Assembly: GCA_023256615.1 (NCBI GenBank)
Contig: JAGDXO010000022.1
Coordinates: forward strand, 5,672-69,671
DNA length: 64,000 bases
Source of the DNA: Thermoplasmata archaeon
Lineage (GTDB): Archaea; Thermoplasmatota; Thermoplasmata; Thermoplasmatales; GCA-001856825
Direction of reading: 5' to 3'
Each line of letters starts with the position of its first letter. The stretch's first letter is position 1. Below the pieces are notes generated by a model, which did not search any database, had not been told where the DNA came from, and saw nothing but the letters and a program-made list of their open reading frames with translations. This document shows positions 8,657-18,504 of the stretch, piece by piece. A program made the translations under genes and the position numbers.

Positions 8657-10033
8657 CTATTTTAATAAAATAAAGTCAGCCATTTTACGGGCTTTTTTTA
8701 CATGCTTAAAAAAATAAATAATTAGGATAATTAAAATATATAGAAATGCTATAAAAATAGCGTAGTTAAATGGGTATATTGAATTCAAAAATACTGAAGA
8801 ATAGATTGCAACAATTAGAAAAATGGAGACAATTAATGGTATCACCAATTGTTTTATTAATGAAAATGATGAATTCCTGATATTCTTGAAAATTAGGGAT
8901 AACGAAACCATGATGTGAACCACATAGCTGAAAATAGCGGCCATAATCAGCAGGAAAATACTTGCTGTTAATGGTGAAAGAACTCTTCCTGTAAATATTG
9001 CAATAAAAGTACCAATAATTATTCCTATATAAAGTGAAGCATATGGGATACCATTGTCATTTATTTTCGTTTTAATTATGCTTGGAATATTAGAGTTCTC
9101 TGAAATTCCAAAGAGCATCCTTGTAAAATTATTAGATGTGGCTAAAAGCGAAGAGTTGAAACTGTTAATTACGAGCAAAATCAGAATTACATAAAATGAA
9201 AAGCCGATATAATGTAAATATATGAAAAGCCCAGGATCTGGGATGTCCGGGTAATTATTGATCATGGATGGCCCCATAGCTGCAGTTTGTCCCATGGCCC
9301 CTAGAATTATTACACTCCCAACTAGAAATAGACCGGAAATTAGGGCTGAAGGTATTTCCCTTTTATAGTTCTTGGTTTCCCGGGTCAGAGGAGTAAGTCC
9401 ACTAATACCTCCAAAGGCCCCTATGCCTAATATAATCGATGTGTATGATATTCTACCAAAGTTGAAATTGAACATATAGGTCAGATTATAACTAAATTTT
9501 ATGATAAGATAAAATGAAGTTGACAGAAGAAAAATTATTTCAAAGATTCCGGCATATAGAAAGTATTTCGTTGATATCTCGATTTTTTTAAGTGATATTA
9601 TCATTGCTTCTATGCCCATTATTATGATCAATATCATCCATAACCAGCCATTATCACGAAATAACTGGAAATAATCCAGAAACGATGATAAACCAAGCAA
9701 TGCAAATCCTGCGTATCCTATCACATAATAAAACCAGTATATCCATCCTGCAGCAAATCCAGCCCCTTTTCCGAGACCCTTCTGGACATAATCCATCCAT
9801 GGTGCTGTTGAGTCACTCTCTGATGACAACTGGTATACTACATATGTCATCATTGCATATATGATAAACGAGATAATTAGAATAAGAACCATATTGTAAC
9901 CAACCATCCCAGCTATAGCAACTAGGTATAGGGATATTGTAGCGGCTGGACCATTCATTGCTATGGATTGCCCCGTGGCTCCCCACTTAGTTAAAACTCC
10001 TCTCCTTACCTCGCCTTTCAAAATACGCGTCAT
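8657..10033 (-). CDS. APC-superfamily amino acid/polyamine-type permease
   Basis: 458 aa with about 12 hydrophobic segments. Its start overlaps the cobT stop by 4 nt. Confidence 0.65.
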   Translation of the reverse strand: MTRILKGEVRRGVLTKWGATGQSIAMNGPAATISLYLVAIAGMVGYNMVLILIISFIIYAMMTYVVYQLSSESDSTAPWMDYVQKGLGKGAGFAAGWIYWFYYVIGYAGFALLGLSSFLDYFQLFRDNGWLWMILIIIMGIEAMIISLKKIEISTKYFLYAGIFEIIFLLSTSFYLIIKFSYNLTYMFNFNFGRISYTSIILGIGAFGGISGLTPLTRETKNYKREIPSALISGLFLVGSVIILGAMGQTAAMGPSMINNYPDIPDPGLFIYLHYIGFSFYVILILLVINSFNSSLLATSNNFTRMLFGISENSNIPSIIKTKINDNGIPYASLYIGIIIGTFIAIFTGRVLSPLTASIFLLIMAAIFSYVVHIMVSLSLIFKNIRNSSFSLIKQLVIPLIVSIFLIVAIYSSVFLNSIYPFNYAIFIAFLYILIILIIYFFKHVKKARKMADFILLK

Positions 10034-11001
10034 TGTATCATTTTTCTATAAATTCTGTCTATTTCGGATACAATCTCCTCATTTGTAAATCCTTTAATTC
10101 TTGAGAGATAGTATGCTCCTCCTGCACCAACTCCCTCCTTAACTATTCCATTTTCGTAATCTCTAATTCCCTTAAATTGGGAAACAGATAGGTCTAATTC
10201 AGATCCAATATATTTAACTCCTATTTCCTTGGAAGTTTCTCTGAAAGTCGCGGAGTTGTCATTGATGACGTATTTCGTAGTTATAATCGATTCCACATTT
10301 TTTTTCAAATGCTTGAGATATGCTGCTACTGCAAGCATTTGTGTACCGCCTGCAAGATATACTTTTCCTTTAAAATGATACGAGATATAGGATATTGATG
10401 CAAGGACTGGATCTCCCAGTTCTTCCATTACCTCTATTTCGCTTTCCTTTTCAATTCTCTTCATCGCCTCATCTATAACCGTTTCCTTCAGTATTAATGG
10501 GTTTTCTTTCAATGATGATGAAGATCTTGCTTCAAATCCCAGCGACCTCAGTACGGCCATTGCAGTAGTTGTACCTCCAGGAATACTTTCAGCTATCATT
10601 ATTTCACTTTCGAAAGAATTCAAAAAATCCGCAAGTTTTGAGCTTTTTTCCTTTATTTCCTCGAAATCAGAAACACCCTTTTCCTTCCTTATATCCCCAC
10701 CTTCTTTGGAGCTTAAATTTATGTAGGGAATTTTAGGTTCTATGATTGAACCGGCCCTGACGACTAATATCGGCAGATTAATCAAGTTCTTTGAAGCTTT
10801 TGTTATTATTCCTGGGGTAGGATTCCCCTCTGGTGTAACAGGTATTGCATTTATACATTTTGGCGTATCATAAAAGAGGAATTCGGCATCAGCTGGCGGT
10901 GTGTATTTTATGAGGGTATCATTTTCTCCTGCTGCTGTTATTCCCTTTATCCTTGAAACTTCTGTATTTCCAATTACCAATAATAATAACATGTAAAGCA
11001 A
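10030..11001 (-). CDS. cobT: Archaeal-type nicotinate-nucleotide--dimethylbenzimidazole phosphoribosyltransferase (CobT homolog)
   Basis: 323 aa. N-terminus VIGNTEVSRIKGITAAGENDTLIKYTPPADAEF matches my recollection of archaeal CobT-like proteins. Lies in a cobalamin cluster. Confidence 0.7.
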   Translation of the reverse strand: MLYMLLLLVIGNTEVSRIKGITAAGENDTLIKYTPPADAEFLFYDTPKCINAIPVTPEGNPTPGIITKASKNLINLPILVVRAGSIIEPKIPYINLSSKEGGDIRKEKGVSDFEEIKEKSSKLADFLNSFESEIMIAESIPGGTTTAMAVLRSLGFEARSSSSLKENPLILKETVIDEAMKRIEKESEIEVMEELGDPVLASISYISYHFKGKVYLAGGTQMLAVAAYLKHLKKNVESIITTKYVINDNSATFRETSKEIGVKYIGSELDLSVSQFKGIRDYENGIVKEGVGAGGAYYLSRIKGFTNEEIVSEIDRIYRKMIQ

Positions 11002-11035
11002 ACTTGATATTATTAAAATTTATTTAACGGTTACC

Positions 11036-11746
11036 ATGAGAAGCCTTATTTCATTCTTCACTCGTATTCCAGCAAAAGGAGATGTATACAGGGCTTCCCA
11101 ATCGCTTTATCTCATTACCATTGTTGCAATCATAATAGCCTTATTCCCTCTAATTCTATACATAATCATTTACAGATTTGTTCCCAGAATTTTACTGACA
11201 ATCATTCTCCTTCTTTCTATTTATGGTGTAACAGGATTATTGCATCTTGATGGTTTAGCTGATTTTTCTGATGGAATTATGAAGAAGGGAACAAGGGATG
11301 AAAAGATCAGAGTTCTTAAGGATGTTAATACTGGGATAGGTGGAACTTTTTCAGTAATAATGATTCTATTAATAGAATTCTATGCCATATACAGTCTCAG
11401 GACAAATCTTATTGATGTCGCTGCTTTTTTTATAGTCTCTGAAATTTCAGCGAAGCTTTCCATGCTAACTGGATTGATAATATTTAAAGCGCCTGAACAA
11501 GGCCTTGCAAACGAGTTTAAAAAGAGTGCCAGGGGGAGCTATTTGATTATTGCAATATTATTAACTATCCCCCTTATAATAATTTTTAAAATAACTTATC
11601 TTAACATTTTTGCCGGTATAGTTATATCATTAATAATTGGAAATTTATCCAGCAAAAATTTTGGATTTGTTAATGGAGATGCTTTGGGTGCTATGAATGA
11701 AATTTCCAGAGCTGCAACAATGTGGTTATTATGCTTGGGATTGTAA
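11036..11746 (+). CDS. cobS: Adenosylcobinamide-GDP ribazoletransferase (cobalamin synthase CobS)
   Basis: 236-aa polytopic membrane protein with an HLDGLADFSDG motif. Confidence 0.85.
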   Translation: MRSLISFFTRIPAKGDVYRASQSLYLITIVAIIIALFPLILYIIIYRFVPRILLTIILLLSIYGVTGLLHLDGLADFSDGIMKKGTRDEKIRVLKDVNTGIGGTFSVIMILLIEFYAIYSLRTNLIDVAAFFIVSEISAKLSMLTGLIIFKAPEQGLANEFKKSARGSYLIIAILLTIPLIIIFKITYLNIFAGIVISLIIGNLSSKNFGFVNGDALGAMNEISRAATMWLLCLGL

Positions 11747-12234
11747 TGGCTGGTGGGAAAAGTTCGCGTTTCGGAAACGAAAAGCTAATTCAGGACATTC
11801 ATGGTAGGAAGATTATAGATATAACAATAGAAAATATTTCAAGATCTAATGTTGAAAATTATTTGATAGCTGTATCAAAAAATGCTCCGAGAACTATGAA
11901 TTATTGTGAAAAATATAGTATTATAGAGACTCCGGGTAAAAGCTATCCTGAAGATGTTGCATATCTTTTGAAACTTTTTAATAAGCCACTTTTATTGCTG
12001 AATGGGGATTCTATATTTGTGAATACCGGCATTATCAATGATTTTCTAAGTAGATACCGTGGAAGGAGCATGACGGCAGTTATATCAGATAATGGCTACA
12101 AATACATAGGACTAAATATAGCCGTTCCTGGAGATGAACGAGATATTGTTGTTGAATACGGGCAACCTTTATTGGCTTTAAATATAAATACGAAAGAAGA
12201 CCTGAAGGAGGCATTGAATCTTGTTGGTAAATGA
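11722..12234 (+). CDS. cobY: Adenosylcobinamide-phosphate guanylyltransferase (archaeal CobY)
   Basis: NTP-transferase fold with MAGGKSSRFGNEK. Overlaps cobS and cbiB. Confidence 0.75.
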   Translation: MVIMLGIVMAGGKSSRFGNEKLIQDIHGRKIIDITIENISRSNVENYLIAVSKNAPRTMNYCEKYSIIETPGKSYPEDVAYLLKLFNKPLLLLNGDSIFVNTGIINDFLSRYRGRSMTAVISDNGYKYIGLNIAVPGDERDIVVEYGQPLLALNINTKEDLKEALNLVGK

Positions 12235-13120
12235 GAGACTTCTCTGGGTTATAACATTATTGACGGCAGCTATTATAGACTATTTTATTGAATACCCCAA
12301 TCAGATCCATCCCGTAGTATTCACAGGAAAGCTTATATCGTTCTTTGATAAGCACAGAATCTCCAAGAAACCATCATATGAGTTCTTATATGGAATGTTG
12401 TCAATTATTTTAATAATATTTTTATGGATTTTTATAATCTATTCAATTGGTTTCATACCGATTTACGTCCGGTTTATTATTTATGTATATATTCTCAAGT
12501 CAACCTTTTCTGTTGGGGCGCTTTCAAAGGCAATAAAGAAGTGCCAGATAGATGATACTGAAATTCTTAGAAATAATGTTGCGCAAATTGTCTCCCGAGA
12601 TGTAAAGACCCTAGACAGGGAACATCTTTTATCGGCAGCCTTTGAATCAGGGTCTGAAAATATTGTTGATTCCGTCATTTCACCAATATTCTATTTCATG
12701 TTTTTTGGTATATTTGGAGCGGTTATCTACAGGGTTATAAATACTGCAGATGCAATGATCGGCTACCACAGTGAAAATTATGAATACTTCGGTAAATTTG
12801 CAGCCAGAGCTGACGATGTCCTGAATTTCATTCCTTCAAGAATATTTGGGCTCTTAGTACTTCTACTTAGCCCGACTAGGGTATCAAATAACCTGAAGAG
12901 ATACAGGAAATTGAAAATAAATGGGATGTATTCAATGGCCACAGTGGCAGGATTATTCAATGTAATGATAGAAAAGATAGACCACTATAGAATAGATGGG
13001 CCTAGATTTCCTGACATAGGAGATCTGAAAAGATTAGAGAAGTTCATTTATGCCATTTCCTACTTCTTCATCTTGATAGCTATTACGGAGGTGATTATAA
13101 TTGGACCATGGTGGAGCTAG
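12221..13120 (+). CDS. cbiB: Adenosylcobinamide-phosphate synthase (CbiB/CobD family membrane protein)
   Basis: 299-aa membrane protein with the NTADAMIGY region typical of CbiB. Confidence 0.8.
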   Translation: MLVNERLLWVITLLTAAIIDYFIEYPNQIHPVVFTGKLISFFDKHRISKKPSYEFLYGMLSIILIIFLWIFIIYSIGFIPIYVRFIIYVYILKSTFSVGALSKAIKKCQIDDTEILRNNVAQIVSRDVKTLDREHLLSAAFESGSENIVDSVISPIFYFMFFGIFGAVIYRVINTADAMIGYHSENYEYFGKFAARADDVLNFIPSRIFGLLVLLLSPTRVSNNLKRYRKLKINGMYSMATVAGLFNVMIEKIDHYRIDGPRFPDIGDLKRLEKFIYAISYFFILIAITEVIIIGPWWS

Positions 13121-14078
13121 AAAATCTGAGATGAATCTATTGGATTTTTCCTACTCTTCCAATCCATATAAACCTCCATTTTTAGGAAAAGCACTTAAAT
13201 CGGCCAAGATTGATAGATATCCATACTGCGAAGAAGACTTAGAGTTAAAAATTAAGGAAAAATTCAAGATAAAGGGGGAGGTATCTGTAGCTGCTGGAAT
13301 AACGGAGCAACTGTATATAATTTTTAATATTTTCAAACATCATAGGTTTGTAATTCCAGCTTACACATACAGCGAATATGAGAGGGTCGCCAATATTATA
13401 GGGGTAAAATACAGAAATATTAAGGTTAAGGATTTAACAATTGATGACTTAAACATCAAGAGAGAGGAGGTTTTACTTATAAGCAACCCCAATAACCCTA
13501 CAGGTAAATATTATGATTTCATTGGAGATTTAGTGGAGAATTCAGTTTATAGGAATTTTTATGTAGTTATAGATGAGGCCTTCATTGACTTTGTAGGCCC
13601 CAAGGTCAAAAAAATTGATATCAATGATAATACCATAATCATGAGAAGCTTCAGCAAATCTTACAATATATCTGGAGTAAGAACAGGTTATTCAATAGCC
13701 ACTGATAAGTTTGCTAAATTAATAAGAAATACAAGAATGCCATGGGGGATAGGATCTCTTGGATGTTCCCTTATTGAGGGCATAATTCGAGATAAAATTT
13801 TTCTTAATTATTCATTGGCTAAAATATTCAGCGAAAGGGAGAGAATAATGGCCAAAACTGGATTAAAAACAGATGCCAATTATTTCCTTGCAAAAGTAGG
13901 AAACGGTACCGCAGTCAAGAATGAATTAAGGAAGAAAGGAATATTGGTGAGGGATTGTACTTCCTTCCAATTCCCTGATTCAATAAGATTTTCAATTAGG
14001 AAAATCTATGAAAATAATAGACTTTTGGAAGCACTTGATGAATTTGAGGTGAACCAGCCTGATGGAATCAACTTCTAG
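13101..14078 (+). CDS. cobD: Threonine-phosphate decarboxylase (CobD) / class I-II aminotransferase fold
   Basis: TTG start gives the N-terminal HGG ... LDFSYSSNPYKP motif. Also NPNNPTG and the PLP-lysine motif SFSKSY. Located between cbiB and cbiP. Confidence 0.75.
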   Translation: MDHGGARKSEMNLLDFSYSSNPYKPPFLGKALKSAKIDRYPYCEEDLELKIKEKFKIKGEVSVAAGITEQLYIIFNIFKHHRFVIPAYTYSEYERVANIIGVKYRNIKVKDLTIDDLNIKREEVLLISNPNNPTGKYYDFIGDLVENSVYRNFYVVIDEAFIDFVGPKVKKIDINDNTIIMRSFSKSYNISGVRTGYSIATDKFAKLIRNTRMPWGIGSLGCSLIEGIIRDKIFLNYSLAKIFSERERIMAKTGLKTDANYFLAKVGNGTAVKNELRKKGILVRDCTSFQFPDSIRFSIRKIYENNRLLEALDEFEVNQPDGINF

Positions 14079-15516
14079 CAAATTAAGACCGCTTATGGTC
14101 ATGGGCACTTCATCAGGTGCTGGAAAATCTTTGATAGTTGCTGCTCTCTGCAGGATTTTTAATGACATGGGAATCAGGGTAGCTCCATTCAAAGTACAGA
14201 ATATGTCACTCAATGCTGGTGTCGGAAAGGGAGGAGAGATGGCATATGCTCAGATAATACAGGCCAGAGCAGCAAGAATAAAACCAACTGTCGACATGAA
14301 TCCCATACTTCTCAAGCCTGAAGGGGAAAAAACACACATAGTAATTCAGGGGAAGTATTACGGGACATATGAAGCTGGAAAATATTTTACCCAGGATAAT
14401 GATTTTTTCCTTCAAAAGGCTCTGGAATCTTTTAAAAAAATTCAGAAAGAAAACGATCTTGTTATCATTGAAGGCGCAGGATCCCCGGCAGAAATTAACA
14501 TTAAAAATGATATTGCCAATACTAAATTTTCAACTCTTGTAAACGCCAAAAATATCTTAGTGGCTGATATAGAGAGGGGGGGCGTTTTTGCAAGTATAGT
14601 GGGAACAATAGAATTGTCCAACATGGAAAATCTAATAGGTATTATCGTTAACAAATTCAGGGGTGATACTTCTCTACTCAAGGAAGGTTATGATTTTATA
14701 GAGAAAAGATTCAAGGTACCAGTAATAGGAACAGTCCCCTTCATATCAAACAATATCCCACAGGAAGATTCTTTGTTTGATAATTTTGGCAGGCGGGGGG
14801 ATATTAATGTTGGAATCATAAGAACCCCTCATATGTCAAATGAAACCGATTATGAAATTCTAAAGATGGAAAAATCAATCGGTTTATTCTATGCAAGGAA
14901 ACCCGAAGAACTAGATAAAATTGATATTATAATTATACCTGGATCTAAACTAACGGTTGAAGACCTTCGTTTTATAGAAAAAGAGGGATTCAAAGATAAA
15001 ATTGGTCAACTTAAGAAAGAAGCATGGATTGCTGGTATATGTGGCGGATTTCAGATGATGGGAAAGTATATAATGGATGTAGATGAGACAGGATCCGGCA
15101 AAGTTGATGGACTAAACCTGCTTGATTCAAGAACAATGATAAAAGGAGATAAGATTACCAGGATTAGCCGTGCAGAAATTTTTCATCCTGTGTTCAAGGG
15201 AATAAAAGTTGAAGGATATGAAATTCACAGAGGTGTCAGTTACAGCCGCAGGCATTTCTCATTCATAGAAGAAATTGATGGAAAACATTCTCATATACCT
15301 GATGGCTCATATAATGATAAAATGTTTGGAACTTACATTCACGGAATATTTGATAATATTAACTTTACTGAAAGAATAGTTAACATTATTAGGATAGAAA
15401 AAGGTTTAGACGAGATTAGCCTTCGAAAAATTGACCGTGATTACGAAATTCAGAACTTTGCTGATTCTGTAAAAAAGAGTATTGATTATAAGTTCATATT
15501 GGAATCCTTAATCTGA
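14062..15516 (+). CDS. cbiP: Cobyric acid synthase (CobQ/CbiP)
   Basis: N-terminus LMVMGTSSGAGKS, and a C-terminal GATase domain with ICGGFQMMG. Confidence 0.9.
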   Translation: MESTSSKLRPLMVMGTSSGAGKSLIVAALCRIFNDMGIRVAPFKVQNMSLNAGVGKGGEMAYAQIIQARAARIKPTVDMNPILLKPEGEKTHIVIQGKYYGTYEAGKYFTQDNDFFLQKALESFKKIQKENDLVIIEGAGSPAEINIKNDIANTKFSTLVNAKNILVADIERGGVFASIVGTIELSNMENLIGIIVNKFRGDTSLLKEGYDFIEKRFKVPVIGTVPFISNNIPQEDSLFDNFGRRGDINVGIIRTPHMSNETDYEILKMEKSIGLFYARKPEELDKIDIIIIPGSKLTVEDLRFIEKEGFKDKIGQLKKEAWIAGICGGFQMMGKYIMDVDETGSGKVDGLNLLDSRTMIKGDKITRISRAEIFHPVFKGIKVEGYEIHRGVSYSRRHFSFIEEIDGKHSHIPDGSYNDKMFGTYIHGIFDNINFTERIVNIIRIEKGLDEISLRKIDRDYEIQNFADSVKKSIDYKFILESLI

Positions 15517-18504
15517 ATCATTTGTTGTCTTAATATTATCTCCCCGGTTTTTATATGTTAAAACTTCCGCAAAAGCCTTGGCTTGTGATCTAACGCTCAT
15601 GTAAAGTATTTTTCTCTCATAGCATGCCCTTCGCAATGTTTTGCCATCTGACTCAGATCTGTAGTTCTCATTCAAAATATTAATTACCGCACTAATATTT
15701 CCCTGCTTAATAATGTCCATTCCATTAGGGCTTCCTTCAAAAATTTTCTTTATCTTTATTGAAGGAATCCCATATCCCTTCAAATAATTGTGTGTGCCCT
15801 CTGTGCTATATATTGTTTTGCCTGAGTCGTATATCATCTTGATAATCCCTAAGAATTCATTTCTCCTATTCCTGGGTATTGAAACTATTACGCCTTCCCT
15901 TTTAATGTCGAACCCTGCTGCTAAATATCCATTTATAATGGCTTCCTGAATATTGTCACCTACTCCTATTACTTCCCCTGTACTTTTCATCTCTGGCCCA
16001 AGGACAACATCTGCTTCTGTTAATTTTTCAAATGGGAAAATTGGAAATTTTACCCCATATTTTGATATTTTTATGGAGGATTTTGACAATTTATTTCCCA
16101 TGATTATCTTGGCAGATATTTCCGCAAGATTAATTCCTGAAATTTTTGAAACAAATGGGAATGTTCTAGATGATCTGGGGTTTATTTCTATTATGTAAAC
16201 TGTATCATTTTTTACAGCAAATTGGATGTTAAAAGGGCCTATAATTTTCAATTTTCTGCAGATACTCACTGTGTATTCCTTCATTGTTTCTTGAACATGT
16301 GCCGGAATATTTGTGCTTGGAAATATACTTGTAGAATCTCCTGAATGTATGCCTGCCTCCTCTATATGTTCAATTATTCCTGGAATCAAAACCGATTCTC
16401 CATCAGATACTCCGTCAATTTCTGCTTCCAGAGAATTATCAAGGTACTTCTCTACAAGGAAATTATCTATATATTTCCCCTGGTATGAAACAAAATCATT
16501 GAGCTCATTTGTATTTCTTAAAATGCCCATATGGGCACCTGATATTGTATACGAAGGCCTAACTATGACCGGGAAACCTATTCTCTCTACGGATTCTTTG
16601 AGATTTTCCTTTGTTGAGAAAATAAATTCAGGATATGGTATATTCATTTCATTCATTAGATTGGCAAACTTTTCTCTATCTTCCAATAAATCAACAACCT
16701 CTACCGATGTTCCTGGTATTTCAATCTTGTCACCAAAATTTTCCTTTAATTTCCTTAAAATATTGATAGGCCTCTGCCCACCAAACCATGGAACTATTGT
16801 TCTGATATTTGAATTATTTATTATAGTTGCAACGCTCTTGTAATCCACAGGATCGAATATGAGTACATCACTCTCATCAAAATCTGTCGATACTGTCTCA
16901 GGATTATCATTCAGTATGACCACTTTCTTTCCTAGTTCTCTTATTACCTTTGAGGCATGAACACAACTGTAATCAAATTCTATCCCCTGTCCTATAGTGA
17001 TAGGCCCACTTCCTACCAAGAGAACGTTAGCCATTATTTTGCTTCCATTCGGGCTGCTATAATAATAGGGAGTTTTTACATCAAATTCGCCCGCACATGT
17101 ATCCACAACAGAAAACACCTCTCCTTCATTTTCCTCCATCTCGAATGCCCTTATTATCTCATCAACAAAAAGCAGATTCCATCCCGTTAATTTAGATATT
17201 TTTGCCGTATCATATCCCCTCTTGTATGCGAGATATATCTGCAGTGCCCGTTCAGGATTTGGAACTGTTAATAATTTTTCATTGAATTCTCCTTTTTTTG
17301 TTAATAATCCAGTCGATCTTAAAGCCTTTCTGAAAGCTTCACTCAGCGATTTTCCTATGCTCATCACTTCTCCAGTACTCTTCATCTGAGTTCCAAGGGT
17401 GAAATCGGCGTCAAAGAATTTCTCTGTTGGCCATATGGGAAATTTCGCTACTATATAATCAATGGCTGGCTCCCTTGCTGAATTTTTCTCTCCTGTCACC
17501 CTGTTCTCTATGAACTCAATTGTCTTTCCTAGTGCTATGAGCGCAGCCACCCTTGCTATTGGATATCCCGTTGCCTTAGAAGCAAGTGCGGAGGATCTTG
17601 ACAATCTTGGGTTAACCTCTATCACATAATACTTTCCTGAGTTGTTATCAAAGGCAAATTGAACATTGCAGGCGCCAATAACTCCTATACCCTCCGCTAT
17701 CTTCAATGCTGCAGATCTTATTTTCTGGTAGTTTTCGTCATTGAGTGTTAGGAAGGGAGTTACTACAATACTGTCTCCAGTATGCACACCCATTGGATCG
17801 ACATTTTCCATCGTACATACTGCAATTTTATTTCCCATTCCATCCCTGACAACCTCCACCTCCAACTCGGTCCAACCAATAATGGATTTTTCGATAAGTA
17901 CTCCGCCTACCTGTGATAAGTTCAACCCTCTTTCCGCAATTGATCTTAATTCATCGATGTCATTTGCAATTCCTCCCCCAGAACCACCAAGCGTGAATGA
18001 AGGCCTCACTACAACTGGAAAACCCATTTGTTTTGCATATTTTATGACATCGTTCAGATTTGTACAATAATAAGATTCAAGGACCGGTTCTCCTATTTCT
18101 TCCATTTTTTTCTTGAAAAGAAGCCTGTCTTCGCTTATTTCTATGGCATCTACTGGTGTGCCTAGTACTTTTATTCCATATTTGCTTATAATCCCTGATT
18201 TCCAAAGTTCCATTAAAAGATTAAGACCTGTTTGACCGCCAAAAGTTCCCATTATAGAATCCGGTCTCTCTTTTTTTATAATTTCCAAAATATTTTCTTT
18301 CTTTAGTGGTATCATGAAAGGTTTTATTCCTTCTCTATTATCTGTCTGTATTGTTGCCGGATTTGAATTAACTACAAGAACCTCCTTCCCCTCTGAGATT
18401 AGAGCTTTGATAGCTTGATTTCCAGAATAATCGAATTCTGCTGATTGACCTATAATTATTGGCCCTGATCCTATTAACAGCACTCTTTTGATATCATCAG
18501 TCAT
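15508..18504 (-). CDS. carB: Carbamoyl-phosphate synthase large subunit
   Basis: 998 aa. Duplicated ATP-grasp halves (VLLIGSGPIIIGQSAEFDYSG and VLLVGSGPITIGQGIEFDYS) and a C-terminal MGS-like domain. Confidence 0.95.
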   Translation of the reverse strand: MTDDIKRVLLIGSGPIIIGQSAEFDYSGNQAIKALISEGKEVLVVNSNPATIQTDNREGIKPFMIPLKKENILEIIKKERPDSIMGTFGGQTGLNLLMELWKSGIISKYGIKVLGTPVDAIEISEDRLLFKKKMEEIGEPVLESYYCTNLNDVIKYAKQMGFPVVVRPSFTLGGSGGGIANDIDELRSIAERGLNLSQVGGVLIEKSIIGWTELEVEVVRDGMGNKIAVCTMENVDPMGVHTGDSIVVTPFLTLNDENYQKIRSAALKIAEGIGVIGACNVQFAFDNNSGKYYVIEVNPRLSRSSALASKATGYPIARVAALIALGKTIEFIENRVTGEKNSAREPAIDYIVAKFPIWPTEKFFDADFTLGTQMKSTGEVMSIGKSLSEAFRKALRSTGLLTKKGEFNEKLLTVPNPERALQIYLAYKRGYDTAKISKLTGWNLLFVDEIIRAFEMEENEGEVFSVVDTCAGEFDVKTPYYYSSPNGSKIMANVLLVGSGPITIGQGIEFDYSCVHASKVIRELGKKVVILNDNPETVSTDFDESDVLIFDPVDYKSVATIINNSNIRTIVPWFGGQRPINILRKLKENFGDKIEIPGTSVEVVDLLEDREKFANLMNEMNIPYPEFIFSTKENLKESVERIGFPVIVRPSYTISGAHMGILRNTNELNDFVSYQGKYIDNFLVEKYLDNSLEAEIDGVSDGESVLIPGIIEHIEEAGIHSGDSTSIFPSTNIPAHVQETMKEYTVSICRKLKIIGPFNIQFAVKNDTVYIIEINPRSSRTFPFVSKISGINLAEISAKIIMGNKLSKSSIKISKYGVKFPIFPFEKLTEADVVLGPEMKSTGEVIGVGDNIQEAIINGYLAAGFDIKREGVIVSIPRNRRNEFLGIIKMIYDSGKTIYSTEGTHNYLKGYGIPSIKIKKIFEGSPNGMDIIKQGNISAVINILNENYRSESDGKTLRRACYERKILYMSVRSQAKAFAEVLTYKNRGDNIKTTNDSD

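Noticed and set aside
15953-18070. Antisense ORFs inside carB (15953..16198, 16313..16843, 16957..17190, 17741..18070). Similar antisense ORFs lie in other genes (for example 7903..8292, 22764..23198, 25653..26094, 36320..36607)
   Set aside because: They are shadow ORFs opposite strongly supported conserved genes. Their Ser/Pro/Ile-rich translations match no family.
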